The notes beneath the pieces are model-generated. The model was not told where the DNA came from and ran no database searches. It was given only the letters and a program-made list of their open reading frames with translations. Shown piece after piece: positions 28,480 to 39,706 of a DNA stretch of 64,000 bases. Within the stretch, counting starts at the first letter, position 1; every line of letters begins with the position of its first letter. A program made the translations under genes and the position numbers. This stretch comes from an uncultured virus (IMG/VR IMGVR_UViG_3300042006_000224) (Duplodnaviria > Heunggongvirae > Uroviricota > Caudoviricetes > Schitoviridae), in IMG/VR virus record IMGVR_UViG_3300042006_000224; one strand, written 5' to 3'.

Positions 28480-29635
28480 CGTCGAACCTGATTGTGGTAC
28501 CGAAGTCGCAGTGGAACATGTCCTTGGAATATCCGTGGATCATCCACATAACCGGGCACCCGGGGTTGAAGGAAGGATGTGAGTATTCACCATCCGTGAA
28601 GACGCAGAGCGCTGTCGGTTTATTGAGCTTCGCCCATGCCATCAGCGGTTCGATGTCGGTACCGCCTCGTCCACGCAATTCCAGTGCCGCCAGCTCGCGA
28701 AGGGTCTTGAGCCGGTGGACGGACTTGATCTCGCAGGTGAACTGCACCAGGGTTATCTTTTCTGGTTTGAGGTTACGGATTACACCCATCAGCTCACTGA
28801 CGTAGCGCTGAATGTCCTTATCGCTGACCGAACTCGACATGTCGAAGGCGAACGCGATATGACCTAGCTTCTTACCCTGTAACCCGGGCATCAGCATCGG
28901 ATGGAACCGACGGTTGAGTTTTTGCCAACTGTAGTTGGATTTGTCGATGGCGTTGAAGAACTTGCGCAAATGCGCTGCCATCGGCAATTTCGGCTTCAGC
29001 AGGCTGTCGAGGAAGACTTGCACGTCGGCCGGGATCGAACCCGCCGCACTGCCGCCTTTCATCTTGGCCGCGACCGCTGCCGAGGTGATGTTGGCCTTGA
29101 TGGCTTGCTTGACTTCCGATTCGGACAGACCCGGTTCGGATGCCCCAGGCTTGCGCAGATCGTCCATCGGGAGGCCACCGCCACCACCTGAAGGTTCAGG
29201 ATCTTCCTGCAATAGTCGGTAGACTTCCAGCGTGTTCATGCCGCGGTATTTCACGTCATGGCACCAGTTGGGCAGTGGCTCAAAGCTGGCTTGTACCAAG
29301 AAGTCGTTGATCACGTAGTCAGCGGCGCGGTTGAAGCGCATATGGTTCTCGGGTGAGATGTTGTGTGCCTTGGCCAGCTCCATGTGATCGAGTGCCGCGT
29401 GCATTGCTTCGTGAGCAATCAGGGTCGGCCGCTGCTTGCGCGTCAGGCCGAGGAAGAACCCGGTGTTGTAGAAGATCGCCAGCCCGTCGGTGGCCGCCGT
29501 CATGTTCTGCGGAGTGTCGTCGATGATCTGTTTCATCATCAGAGCCAGGGTGGTCACGAACGTAGCCGCAGGCATTTGCATCAGGTCCAGACGCGCCTTG
29601 GTGACAGCCTTCCAGAAATCAGTATGTTGTTCCAT
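28460..29635 (-). CDS. Metallopeptidase-like (HExxH) plus vWA domain protein (N4 gp25-like)
   Basis: 'AATDG', HEAMH, 'DMSSS', 'GGTD', 'FTDG'. Confidence 0.85.
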   Translation of the reverse strand: MEQHTDFWKAVTKARLDLMQMPAATFVTTLALMMKQIIDDTPQNMTAATDGLAIFYNTGFFLGLTRKQRPTLIAHEAMHAALDHMELAKAHNISPENHMRFNRAADYVINDFLVQASFEPLPNWCHDVKYRGMNTLEVYRLLQEDPEPSGGGGGLPMDDLRKPGASEPGLSESEVKQAIKANITSAAVAAKMKGGSAAGSIPADVQVFLDSLLKPKLPMAAHLRKFFNAIDKSNYSWQKLNRRFHPMLMPGLQGKKLGHIAFAFDMSSSVSDKDIQRYVSELMGVIRNLKPEKITLVQFTCEIKSVHRLKTLRELAALELRGRGGTDIEPLMAWAKLNKPTALCVFTDGEYSHPSFNPGCPVMWMIHGYSKDMFHCDFGTTIRFDVDDDPF

Positions 29636-29660
29636 TGGTTTGCCTCCAAGGCAGGTATGG

Positions 29661-30098
29661 TTATTGAGAGAGCAGATTGCGCAGTTTGTGCATTTGCCCG
29701 TGTGCTTCGCGATCCTCCCACGACTCTTGGCCGCAGCAGACATGACAGATACGGAATCGCATCACATCATCCACTACGGAATCACCGGGAAGGAATCGAC
29801 TGTATACGGCAGCCAGTTGTGGGTCAGGTACCAAATTGGAGTACATATAGGTACCATCGTGGCCGTAACGCACTTGACCAGACTGATTGGCCTGCATTGA
29901 GTCTTTGACCGGGTATGTCGCAAAATTGAACGAAATACCCGCCACTTTCAGCTCAGGGCAGACCTTTCCTGCATGGCCGGATACCAGAAGCACTTGCATG
30001 TCGCCACATAGCCAGATTCTGGGCATTTTGCGAATGTTGAGTGCTTCCAGTACGGCAACGCAGTCGTCAGGTTTGAAACCAATTGCTGTGGTTGCCAT
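29661..30098 (-). CDS. Hypothetical protein with C-terminal Cys cluster
   Basis: ORF between the AAA and vWA genes. Confidence 0.55.
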   Translation of the reverse strand: MATTAIGFKPDDCVAVLEALNIRKMPRIWLCGDMQVLLVSGHAGKVCPELKVAGISFNFATYPVKDSMQANQSGQVRYGHDGTYMYSNLVPDPQLAAVYSRFLPGDSVVDDVMRFRICHVCCGQESWEDREAHGQMHKLRNLLSQ

Positions 30099-30123
30099 TT
30101 TGGTCCACCGTATTGGTCGGGGT

Positions 30124-31191
30124 TTAGCCGACGAAGTCTTTGGCATTGGCCTTCATCCATGCGGAAACCGCAGGATTGCCCAACACCGCCATGCCTTGAC
30201 GGCGGGTAATGTTGCGCATGGTGACGATTTGGAACTCGGACGGGATACGTTCGATGTATTCCATCATGGTCACCGCGTTGTCCGCTTCAAACCAGTCCCC
30301 GAGGGCACCGGTCAGGGCGTACAACGGACCCGGTTCATGCATGCCCGGTACCGGGGCAGTTTTCGGGTTGGCCAATACCTCGGACTTCTTCGGCAGGTTG
30401 GCACGCATGCCCGCGAACGCGACGAACTCGGTAGCGATGGCGTTGACGCAGCCGGCAATCGGCACCTGTTTACCCGTTGGATTGCCTTTCCAGACATCCA
30501 GCAGCTTGTTGACGAAGGTCCACGAACGTGGGCACGCAAACGGCTGATCCGGGTTCTTGTTGTCAAAGGTGTAGAACGCTGCAGGACGCCATTCCAGATA
30601 CGAAGTGATCAGGGAACGGATGTTGCCCTTCTGCGCCCAACGCATCCAGTGAGCCATGTCCTCGGTAACCGACAGGTTGATCAGACGGGAGATCAGAGCC
30701 GTGGACATTGGAACGGTCACCGCCTGGTCGTCGTCGTGGTTACCGGCTGCACAGATGTGAGCCAGTGGGTGAAGATCACGCTGACCAACCTTGCGGTCGA
30801 GGAAGAACTTGTAGCTGGCTGCTTGAACCATCTCCGGGGCGGAGGTGAGCTCATCACAGAACACCAGCCAGCCCGAGTACTGTTGACCAGTTTTCGGGTT
30901 GGTTGGCAGTTCGTCGGTGTCCAGCGGGAAGTTCTCCAGCGGGTAGTAACGGGCCACGCCTTTGGCCATGTCCAGCCCGGGGAAGCCGTTCATGTCGGTG
31001 GGGTCGAAGCCGGCGAAGCGGTTGTCGATCAACAGCAGGTTCAGTTCGTCAGCAATCTCGCTGATCACCGCGGATTTGGTGATGCCCGGGCTACCGCGCA
31101 GCATTGGCACGAGGCCCGCCAGCAGGATGTCACGGACGTGTTGAACTGCTTCGCCCATCGGGATTTCGAAGTCTTTGAGCATAGTTGCCAT
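30124..31191 (-). CDS. MoxR-like AAA+ ATPase (N4 gp24-like)
   Basis: GSPGITKS, 'FCDEL', 'AAGN', 'ALISR', 'PRSW'. Confidence 0.85.
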   Translation of the reverse strand: MATMLKDFEIPMGEAVQHVRDILLAGLVPMLRGSPGITKSAVISEIADELNLLLIDNRFAGFDPTDMNGFPGLDMAKGVARYYPLENFPLDTDELPTNPKTGQQYSGWLVFCDELTSAPEMVQAASYKFFLDRKVGQRDLHPLAHICAAGNHDDDQAVTVPMSTALISRLINLSVTEDMAHWMRWAQKGNIRSLITSYLEWRPAAFYTFDNKNPDQPFACPRSWTFVNKLLDVWKGNPTGKQVPIAGCVNAIATEFVAFAGMRANLPKKSEVLANPKTAPVPGMHEPGPLYALTGALGDWFEADNAVTMMEYIERIPSEFQIVTMRNITRRQGMAVLGNPAVSAWMKANAKDFVG

Positions 31192-31194
31192 GGG

Positions 31195-31419
31195 TTAGTA
31201 CACCTTTGAAAGATAGGAAGGATTTGCCGCGAGCTGCTCTTTGCACTTCTCGCAGGTTATGTTCTGGGGATTGCGGGTTGTATGGGCATGCCACGAACCG
31301 TTGCCACAAATGGGCATGGGTCCGTGGAAGTTGCCGTTGCTGCCGGTCTTGCGCCGCATCTCCGCTTCGGTGAGGCCGTAGTGGATATGCCCCAGCGTGC
31401 GCGTGTGCACTTCACTCAT
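31195..31419 (-). CDS. Small Zn-finger-like protein
   Basis: H..C...CEKC. Confidence 0.55.
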   Translation of the reverse strand: MSEVHTRTLGHIHYGLTEAEMRRKTGSNGNFHGPMPICGNGSWHAHTTRNPQNITCEKCKEQLAANPSYLSKVY

Positions 31420-31700
31420 TGTTCGAGCTCTTGACTGAGTAACTTGAGTAAGGACGAACTGTTTTTCACTAAGGGCGAATACGTCAGCTCGACTTGTTGT
31501 TTAGGCAGCACTTTGAGGGTACCGATCTGGAAACCCAGTTCAGTGCTGGCAAACTCGACGATGTCCCCGGGTGCGCCATAGCACAGGGCCAATTGCACAG
31601 CCCGGGGCATGGCAGTGTCCATCCAGTTGTAATAGCGGACCCAGACCACTTCTTGTTTCTTGCCGCGCAGCAGCGTGGCCACAATACGACGTTGTGTCAT
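31416..31700 (-). CDS. Hypothetical protein
   Basis: ATG at 31700 with AGGAG SD. Confidence 0.6.
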   Translation of the reverse strand: MTQRRIVATLLRGKKQEVVWVRYYNWMDTAMPRAVQLALCYGAPGDIVEFASTELGFQIGTLKVLPKQQVELTYSPLVKNSSSLLKLLSQELEQ

Positions 31701-31728
31701 GACAGTTACTCCTGTCTCACAGAGTTGA

Positions 31729-32553
31729 TCAGTCGTCGAACAAATCGACGGGAGTTGGCAGGGACAGAGCTTTTTTGAAGACTGCCTGCTTCTTCTCGGA
31801 CTTGAGCGAGCCATTAATGAAGAACTGGTGCAGCAATGCGGCAATCTGGCGATAACCGATCGTGTTCAGTTCATAGTTGTCGGTGACCACCTTCTGGACT
31901 TCGGCAACGACCTTGTCACGGTCGGCGTCGGTGAACAGCTTGCAGTAGTCGTCCAGTAATTCACTGGTTTCCACCGCTTGCAGCAGGTCGGCGAGTTTCA
32001 CCTTGTCCATGCCAAAGATCAGCCCGACACGCCCAAGCAGTTCGGTTTTTACACCGAATGCGCGCAGACGATCCAGATCGAGATCCGGTTCGCCGTTCCA
32101 GGCACCGCCGAAGACGAACAGACAGTGGTCGATGGTGATGTCCGCGTACTGACCGAAATTGCCGGTATAGACGCTGGTGGTCTTGCCTTCGAGCACCTTC
32201 AGCAGTTCATTCTGAATGCTGGTGGTAGAGTCGTCGGCCAGCTCGCTGTTGTTGTTGCCCCGAATGAATAGCTTGTCGAATTCGTCGAGGAACACGACCA
32301 TCGGGCACATACCGCTTTGCGCAATCGGGGCCAGGGCTTTCGACAACGAGTTGCCGGACAGGCCTTCTTTGGTGAGCTGTGCACAGTTGATTTCAACCAG
32401 CGGAATCATCAGCTCATCGCAGAGATTCGCGACGTTGTGCGACTTGCCGGAACCGGATGGCCCGGTCAGGAAGAAGTGCGGACGAATCCGCGCTTGCGAG
32501 GTGAAATGGATGTCGAAGATTCGACGCAGTTGTTCGATGGTCTGTTTGGACAT
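31729..32553 (-). CDS. ClpX-like AAA+ ATPase (reduced)
   Basis: GPSGSGKS, 'FLDEFDK', 'IQNELLKVLEG', 'FVFGGA', 'ELLGRV'. Confidence 0.8.
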   Translation of the reverse strand: MSKQTIEQLRRIFDIHFTSQARIRPHFFLTGPSGSGKSHNVANLCDELMIPLVEINCAQLTKEGLSGNSLSKALAPIAQSGMCPMVVFLDEFDKLFIRGNNNSELADDSTTSIQNELLKVLEGKTTSVYTGNFGQYADITIDHCLFVFGGAWNGEPDLDLDRLRAFGVKTELLGRVGLIFGMDKVKLADLLQAVETSELLDDYCKLFTDADRDKVVAEVQKVVTDNYELNTIGYRQIAALLHQFFINGSLKSEKKQAVFKKALSLPTPVDLFDD

Positions 32554-32585
32554 GATAGATCCTGTATAGTTGAACTTCGTTAAAA

Positions 32586-33206
32586 ATGGAGGTTTTTATG
32601 GCAAATGAAGTACAGGTAGTGCGTAAAACGGGTTTGGTGCCGCTTGAAAAACAAGTGATCGCTCATACTCTGCAAGGTTGGGCGCTATATGGCAGCCCTT
32701 TCGAAATTGGGGGTGAAGCAGTACAACTCATGACGAAAGTTGGCACAGTCCCTGATGTTGCGGGCCAGTACCAGATTGTCCAGAAAGCGTATCGAGCGCC
32801 ACTGGAAAAACGCATAACTGCTTTAACATCGGCCGGATGGTTTAGCTACGGTGAACCCTTCGAGTTAGGCGGTGCTGGCGCACAAGCCATGATCAAGGGT
32901 GATGTGCCAGTTCAACCCGGGAGCCCTGATGCCCCTAGCGCGTACAACTTGAAGACTTGGGCACTGACTTTGGCGTTTACGCTGCTTTCTGCTACGCGAG
33001 ACGCAAATGACGCAATAATCGAGGCGCAGATAAAGTGGCCTGATGGGGTGGAGGGTGTCTTTTTGTCTGACGTTTTGTCCACCGCATTCCCCGGCGCTAT
33101 TGATGCCTGGCATGGGACGCATGGGACGCAAACCATAACCCAGCCGTTGATGACACGCAATGCAAACGGGGCTGTGATAGCCCAACCTGAACCAGTCATT
33201 TCATAA
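32586..33206 (+). CDS. Hypothetical protein with two internal repeats
   Basis: 'GWALYGSPF' and 'GWFSYGEPF' duplicated module. Confidence 0.7.
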   Translation: MEVFMANEVQVVRKTGLVPLEKQVIAHTLQGWALYGSPFEIGGEAVQLMTKVGTVPDVAGQYQIVQKAYRAPLEKRITALTSAGWFSYGEPFELGGAGAQAMIKGDVPVQPGSPDAPSAYNLKTWALTLAFTLLSATRDANDAIIEAQIKWPDGVEGVFLSDVLSTAFPGAIDAWHGTHGTQTITQPLMTRNANGAVIAQPEPVIS

Positions 33207-33214
33207 GGTGACCT

Positions 33215-34399
33215 ATGAGTATTCTTGATGCCCCGGGTGTCACCCAAGCACAACTTAATGCGGCAGTGCCCAAGGCTACATTGCGCAACACCGCTACACG
33301 TTGCCGGACAAGTAACCAAAACAGCTCCACGTATAAGCAGATGAACACACGCACGATGCATATAAATCGTGGGTCGTCTGTAAATTTCCTGCAATTGGTC
33401 TTCGCCAATTGGTACGCGAGCGTGTCGTCGGAGAACTCTTTCGGGGTGTCCGCAACAATCTCCGCAGCCATCGAATATCCGGCCGGGGTATTCACTCAAG
33501 TTAAATTTGGCGGGCTCGCCCAGGGTACGATTGTTAGCGGCCTGAACATCGTGAGCGACAAGGTCTATGTTGCCCCGCCGCGTCACGCACGCTATTGGGT
33601 GCATTCTTATTTCCAATGCACTGGCGGCGTGTTCACTTCACCGAATAATGTGATGTCCCTCGGCGGTATCGCGGGCGAATACTGCGAGGCTACTGTCTCT
33701 GGGGGTGTGGACCGCACCATGACCGGAGGCGGTACCAACACCCCGCCGTTTACCGGGGCTGGCTACTTTCCCGTGGCTATTCTCGGGATGTCGCATGTCC
33801 CTAGTGTTTGCTGCTTTGGTGATAGCCGCACGTCAGGTCAAGGTGACGACGCACTAACCGATGCAGGTATGTTCAACATTGGTGAACTTGGGCGCACTCT
33901 TGGTCGTGACTTCCCATACACTCTAGTTGCAACACCGGGAGACAAACTGTCGGACTTCGTTACCCGGCGTGCAAAACGTGGCGCACTTGCGGTATATCAC
34001 ACGCATGTGAATTGGGGTTACGGTATTAATGACCTAGGCAATGGTGCTACTGCTGCTGCATTACAGGCGAACTGCGAGGCCATGTATGCAGCGTTCTCAG
34101 CATACAAGCAAAGTCAGACAACGCTAAGCGTACAGACATCCTCAACAAATGGCTGGATCGATCACGACAACCAATTCCAAGTTACATCGAGCCAGCCTCG
34201 ACTTACCTTCAACATTTGGGTGCGCACCAAGCCATCGCCACTGTATGCGATATTTGATGTCGCCCGGGCTACACAAGATCCGGCTGACCAACTCCGGTGG
34301 AAAGCACCGGGGTATACGTTGGATGGTACGCATGAAACAGCGCTGGGATACTCTGTAATCCCGGACTCTGGCTATTTCGATACCTCAGTGATCGTCTGA
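33215..34399 (+). CDS. SGNH/GDSL hydrolase, possibly a virion-associated esterase
   Basis: GDS, GIND, DGTH catalytic blocks. Confidence 0.8.
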   Translation: MSILDAPGVTQAQLNAAVPKATLRNTATRCRTSNQNSSTYKQMNTRTMHINRGSSVNFLQLVFANWYASVSSENSFGVSATISAAIEYPAGVFTQVKFGGLAQGTIVSGLNIVSDKVYVAPPRHARYWVHSYFQCTGGVFTSPNNVMSLGGIAGEYCEATVSGGVDRTMTGGGTNTPPFTGAGYFPVAILGMSHVPSVCCFGDSRTSGQGDDALTDAGMFNIGELGRTLGRDFPYTLVATPGDKLSDFVTRRAKRGALAVYHTHVNWGYGINDLGNGATAAALQANCEAMYAAFSAYKQSQTTLSVQTSSTNGWIDHDNQFQVTSSQPRLTFNIWVRTKPSPLYAIFDVARATQDPADQLRWKAPGYTLDGTHETALGYSVIPDSGYFDTSVIV

Positions 34400-35598
34400 G
34401 CAACTTTCACTAACAAGGTGTTGTGGTACGAACCAAATAGCTGACGCAAATGGTTCGTGGTCAACACCCCATCGTCCAGTGCATAGATAGCCTCCGCGAC
34501 TACGTCATGGAGGTTGTCATACACGGGAAAGACGGGGTTATGAACCGGAGGGATGAAATGATACATGAATGCTCCTAAACGGAGCTTTCGCTCCGGAATT
34601 CGATAATGGCGAGGTCAATGGCCTCACGTTTGATTTTGCGACCTTCTTCGCCGGCTGAATTGAAGTCCTCGGCGGTAAAGCGCATGGCAGGGTATTTTTT
34701 GTCGTCCATGACGCCTTCAGTGACATAAATGGCGTAATGGCGTCCTTCGCTGCCCCAACCTTCGATTTCAGTGACGACTTGACGGCCTTTACGCAAGATG
34801 AAGTCGAGGCGTTCGGAATCACTGATTTCATCCTTGGTTTCAGGATTCTCCAGGGAAGCCATGTATTCCCGGAATTCCAGTAGTAATGGGCGCAGTTCAA
34901 TCGGAGACTTGTATTGCTCCTGCTTGTTGCGGGTGACTACGCAGGTAAAGCCGCCATAGCGGATATGGATGACTTGCCACTGGCCAATGCCTGGGGTCCA
35001 GCCAATACCACGCTTGTCTAGCCACGCTTCCAAGAAGTCCTTGTCCGTTGAACGGAGATAGCCAATATCAGTTGCCATGATTACACCTTCACGTCGATTA
35101 GGGGGGAATCATCCACCAGACTTTCCTGATAGATGCCGTGGCGCTGGATCAGCGCGTAATACTTGTTGTTTGCGGCTTCTACTTCACGCATGCGGTCTTG
35201 ATTGTCACGCATTGCGCGCATGTGTTGTTTAGTCCACTTTTGCGATTCGTTGAGCTGCTTTTGTACCAACTCTAGCTCTTTCACCACGGCATCATACGAA
35301 GCCTTGGTGACCAGGGGGATTACGGTCAGATGTTCAACATCGACTGCCCAACCGGGATAAATCGAGTGTAGTGTTTCAGCTCCGTCAGAATCGCGGATCG
35401 CCCACATAGTTAATCTCGCAGTTCGGCAAAACCTTCGGCGACCATACGATCAAGCACATCTTTGCGCTTTTCGGTCTGGCCTTCAGGCTGCTCGTGGATG
35501 TTTTGGGATTCGTTACCGAGAACCCACATGTCATGCATGATGGAGCGTAGCTTCTCGGAACGGATTTTCAAGTGACGGGTGTAATGCGGATGGGCCAT
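34372..35598 (-). CDS. Cluster of four hypothetical genes (34372-34566, 34575-35078, 35081-35407, 35410-35598)
   Basis: Tightly packed co-oriented ORFs. Confidence 0.6.
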
Positions 35599-35609
35599 GC
35601 AATTCTCAG

Positions 35610-35972
35610 TTAAAGAAGCGCATCCCGTACAAGGAACAGCCGACGGCGGGAGATTTCCAAAGGTTTATCCACGAAACGCACAGATGCGTCGTGATACTTC
35701 GGATTACTCAAGCGCGGCATGTATCCCAACAGGAAACGCTTACGGACGATGATATATCGGTTGATGTGTACGAAACTGCCCGGGTGAGCAGCCAACATCT
35801 TCAACAACGACGTGTCGTTGGTGACAAGCATGTCCATGACATTGTCATGACGCATGTAGTGAATTTTGATCAGCTTTTCGTCGGCTTCCGCGTAGACGAT
35901 GCGCTTCGCTTCACAGACCTTTTGTTGGTCGCCGTAGTGGTACTGCCGGTACGTTGCGGTGCCGTCTTGCAT
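35610..35972 (-). CDS. Stand-alone LytTR-family DNA-binding protein
   Basis: 'IVYAEADEK', 'FVHINRYIIV', 'LEISRRR'. Confidence 0.7.
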   Translation of the reverse strand: MQDGTATYRQYHYGDQQKVCEAKRIVYAEADEKLIKIHYMRHDNVMDMLVTNDTSLLKMLAAHPGSFVHINRYIIVRKRFLLGYMPRLSNPKYHDASVRFVDKPLEISRRRLFLVRDALL

Positions 35973-38900
35973 GTTTGATTCTCCCGATAGAACTTCGGTG
36001 GTCGTTTGAAGAACAAGCCCATGTTGTGGGCATCCTTCTTCTTACGATACACGGTCAGACGGGGAATTTCACCCGTAAGGAAGCGGGCAGCATCTTTCGG
36101 GTCGACATAACCCAGCTTCCCGTTACACACGGTCAGCTCTTTACGTTTGAAGCCAGCTTCGAGAACTTTGCGGGCTTCTTTGAGGGCAGCGATCAGAACG
36201 CGGGCGCCTTCTGCTTGCTCTTCTGGTTTGGTGCCTGGGTCCATGGTTGCCAGAAACTTATCAACGGCTGCCAGTGGAATTGGGAGATTTTGCACTTGAG
36301 ACATGGGATATCCTTACTTGCGTGCGCGGATGCAGAATTCGTTCACTGCACCCACATCAATGGAAATTGAGCCGGCTTGCGGCAGGACTTGGTCGATGAT
36401 CTTGAGGCCCAGTTCGATAGTTGCATCTTGCTGTTCGATCACGTATTTAAAGCCGTCACCAAGGGTACGAATCTTCTCTTTGGCTTTGTTCAAGTCACGT
36501 TGCAGCTTGGCGATCATCAATCGATCGGTTACATCGGCACCTTGGCCCCGGAGTACCGCGACGGTGTGCAGATGCTTCTGCGCCAACTCTTTTGGCCACA
36601 TGCCGTGTCGCTCACCGCAGACGTGGCAGTTGTAAGTAGCCGGGCCGGAATTGCGTTCACCGGATGCTCCGAGGGTTTCACAAAACAGACAAATGTACTG
36701 CATGGATATAGCTCCTAAATGGCTGACTGCCCGGGTTGCCCCGGGCGGGTTTACTCAGAGGGATCATCAGACTGCGCGGAGCGCAGGGGAACTGAGGCCA
36801 TCATCACCTTGTTGTAGATCTTCTTGGCGTTGAAGCCAGGAATCCACGGATGATCTGGCCCACCATCGAACTGATCGGCGACCTCTTTCACTACGTTGCG
36901 CAGCATCGTGATTTCATCGTACTGCTTTGTGAGGAGGTCACTGATGTGCCGCGTTGACATCTCTTCGATGTAGGCAAAGCTGACCACGTCCCTGACGGTG
37001 CGTGGTTGTAGTTGTGCCTGGAGCTGGGCAATCTCAGCAGCTTGCGCAGCTTCTGCGGCCTGCCAGGTACTCCAGTAAGTGGCCATTGGGTTGGCCGCCA
37101 TGTATGCCGTGAACCCGGGCAAGCCGGTACCGGTACTCATGATCTCACCAGCCATGATTTCAGCTTGCCCCAGAAGCCCGTTGGTTCGCTCTGTTTCTTT
37201 ATCAGGGTAGCCACCAGAGGGTTCACTGGCTTCTGGTGCATGACCTGGGTCACGCCATGACTGTCCTGCAAGTGCAGACCGGTCTTCGCGTTGCGCGTAC
37301 GCTCTTCAGCCCCGTGACGGTAGCCGATGTGATAGCGGTGAACGTGGCGATGGGTCTTCTTGATGGTCTTGGGGTGGCCGGCAATGCCGTCACCGTAACC
37401 CCGGGTATACGTCTCGTGCCCGAGGTTGATCTCGGATTGGTTGCGTTGGGAATTTTTGCTCATGACAGCTCCTTGACGATGACCGAGGTGGCTTCTGTGT
37501 GCACAGCCTCGTATTGTTTACGGGTCAGACCGTTGTACGCAGGCGCAAAGGCGCCCGGGATACTGCAAGCCTCTATTTGGACCTCAGCAATTTCACAATT
37601 GCCTTGGTCGATCCAGACCACGGCAAATAGCTTCAACACCGGCATGATTACTCCTGAGCGCTGGGTGCGCCGATGTAAGGTTTGGTTTCCGGGAACTGCT
37701 GGCGCAAATCCCCGAAGATGGAACCGAAGCCCCAGGCCATGAAGCCGGGGGATTTGTTCTTGATCACTTCCAACAGCCGACCGACATCGTCCGGCAGGAA
37801 GGTATAGGACTGTTGCCCCAGATACTGCTTTTGACTTTTACCGACGTCATTTTCTTCGACCACATAGGCTGTGCGTTGCACTTCCAGTGAATCGACCTCA
37901 TGTCGCCGTGTTTCGCTGACTTTCTTCACGTAGGTGCCTTTCCTTTGCTTTGTGATACTTAATGGAGGACTTGGACATGCCGCGACGCTTAATGCGCCGG
38001 AATTGCACAGGTTCATACCCGAGACGTTTGATTACGATGTCCAAGCGTTGCTTGTCGCAAAAACCAATGAAGTGAGCAGCCTCTTCACCGGTATGTCCAA
38101 GTTTGGCTAAGCGAATCAACGCAGCCTGAAACTTTTCACCGGTAAGTTGCTCATACTGTTCAATGATCTTTGTGGCGTGCATCGCCATCAGTTGTTGAGG
38201 TGAAGTTCAGCATTTGCCAGATGAACCCAGCAGGCGTCTTGACGGCATGCCGCGTATTCAGTCAAAGCGCCTGTATCCATCTCTACGAAGCCCCCTTGAC
38301 AGCGGAGGTGAATACCGTCACCGCCGTGCACTGCGTACAGTTCGCCCACTTTGGTGTCTTCTTTTCGCAGTATGGTGATTTTTTTCTCGTTCTTTATGAT
38401 TTTCATGCTTGCTTTACCCACTTCCAGTAGCCACGGACAAACTTGATCTTGCCACGGGCTTTCCATTGACGAATGAGCTTGGCGGCTACGTCTTGAACAT
38501 CATCGACGGTAGCACGGGCTCGATTGACCTGATCCGCGAGGGTACCCAGGGTGAACGACGGTACGGTGCAGGCCCATACCGTTACTTTATTGGTTTGCTC
38601 TTCAGACAGCATGTTCTTCGTTTCCATCGCCTGCATCTTTCACTTCCTGTATTTTGAGTGCGCAAATACGCAGCATTTCGAGTCGTTGGATCAAACTGCC
38701 TTCGTATTTGGAGATTGTGTGTTCATACCATTCGGAGCCGAGATAAAGCTCTTCGCAGTTCTCGCTGATGTAGCTTTCGACTGCCTGAAGGCCGTTAGGC
38801 GCACGATCTCCTAGCAATGTGTTCACTGCGTCAGGGAAGCTATCGAAATGCATGTGTACCTGTTCAGGCGCATGCTTTTCCATCTCTTCGATGACCATTT

Positions 38901-39601
38901 CGAGCGTGATAGGCGCAGAGCCCCCAACCCACTCAGCAAGTTCGATATCATCGTCACCATCAGTGTAAGGAACGAACTCTTCCTCTAACAGCCTGCAACC
39001 TGCTTCGACCAGCACTTGTCGGAGCGCATCCTCATCAAGCTCACGCTTGTTGTAGTATTCCGGCTCCAACTTGCTGATCATGTACTGACAGACTGACTCT
39101 CTGGCAAGGAAGTCGATTCCATAGGCAGAACCGACCTTGAACACCAGCGAGTCGACATCACCATACATGGCGATACCGAAGCGACTGATAACCAGATCGA
39201 AGCCATAGCAGGAACTGCCTTTGTTGGTGCAGCGCCAGACTTCAGTCGGACCATTGCCACAAACGCGCTCGACTGTGTGGTCTTTCACGTTTTCAGCAGC
39301 CCATTGCAGCTCGCGGGCGAACTTGTCCTTAATCATCGAGTAACCCCTTGAACTTTATCTGACTGGCTTCAATAGGCCCGCCAACAAGCTGAGCAATCAA
39401 ATGTGCGCCATGCTCTACGTGAGCGATAAACTCAGCTTCGTCTTTGGCCAAAGGGTGGGCTGCGCTGAACTGGCGCATAGCGCCAATCATGTAAGCCAGT
39501 CGAGCCAGCAGGTATGCCACTTTGGCTGAGCCTTCAGGTACAACTTTGAGCGAAACAAGCTTCGCATCTTGGAAAAAGTCGGGGATGTCTACTTTGTTCA
39601 T
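35870..39601 (-). CDS. Cluster of ~11 small hypothetical middle genes (e.g. 36314-36703 Zn-finger, 37898-38188 HTH-like, 38602-39336)
   Basis: Contiguous co-oriented ORFs with overlaps and SD sites. Confidence 0.55.
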
Positions 39602-39637
39602 GGTTTACTCACCTCAGCCCTCTTCTGGGCGTCTTCT

Positions 39638-39680
39638 CAAAGAAAAAAAGATGTCCTCCCCCTTTCGGGGAAGGCTCATC
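39638..39680 (-). terminator. Terminator after the RNAP subunit gene
   Basis: CCCC-TTTC-GGGG hairpin next to an A-run on + (U-run on -). Confidence 0.65.
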
Positions 39681-39706
39681 AAGGTGCGGGGACCGCACCA
39701 CTCTAC

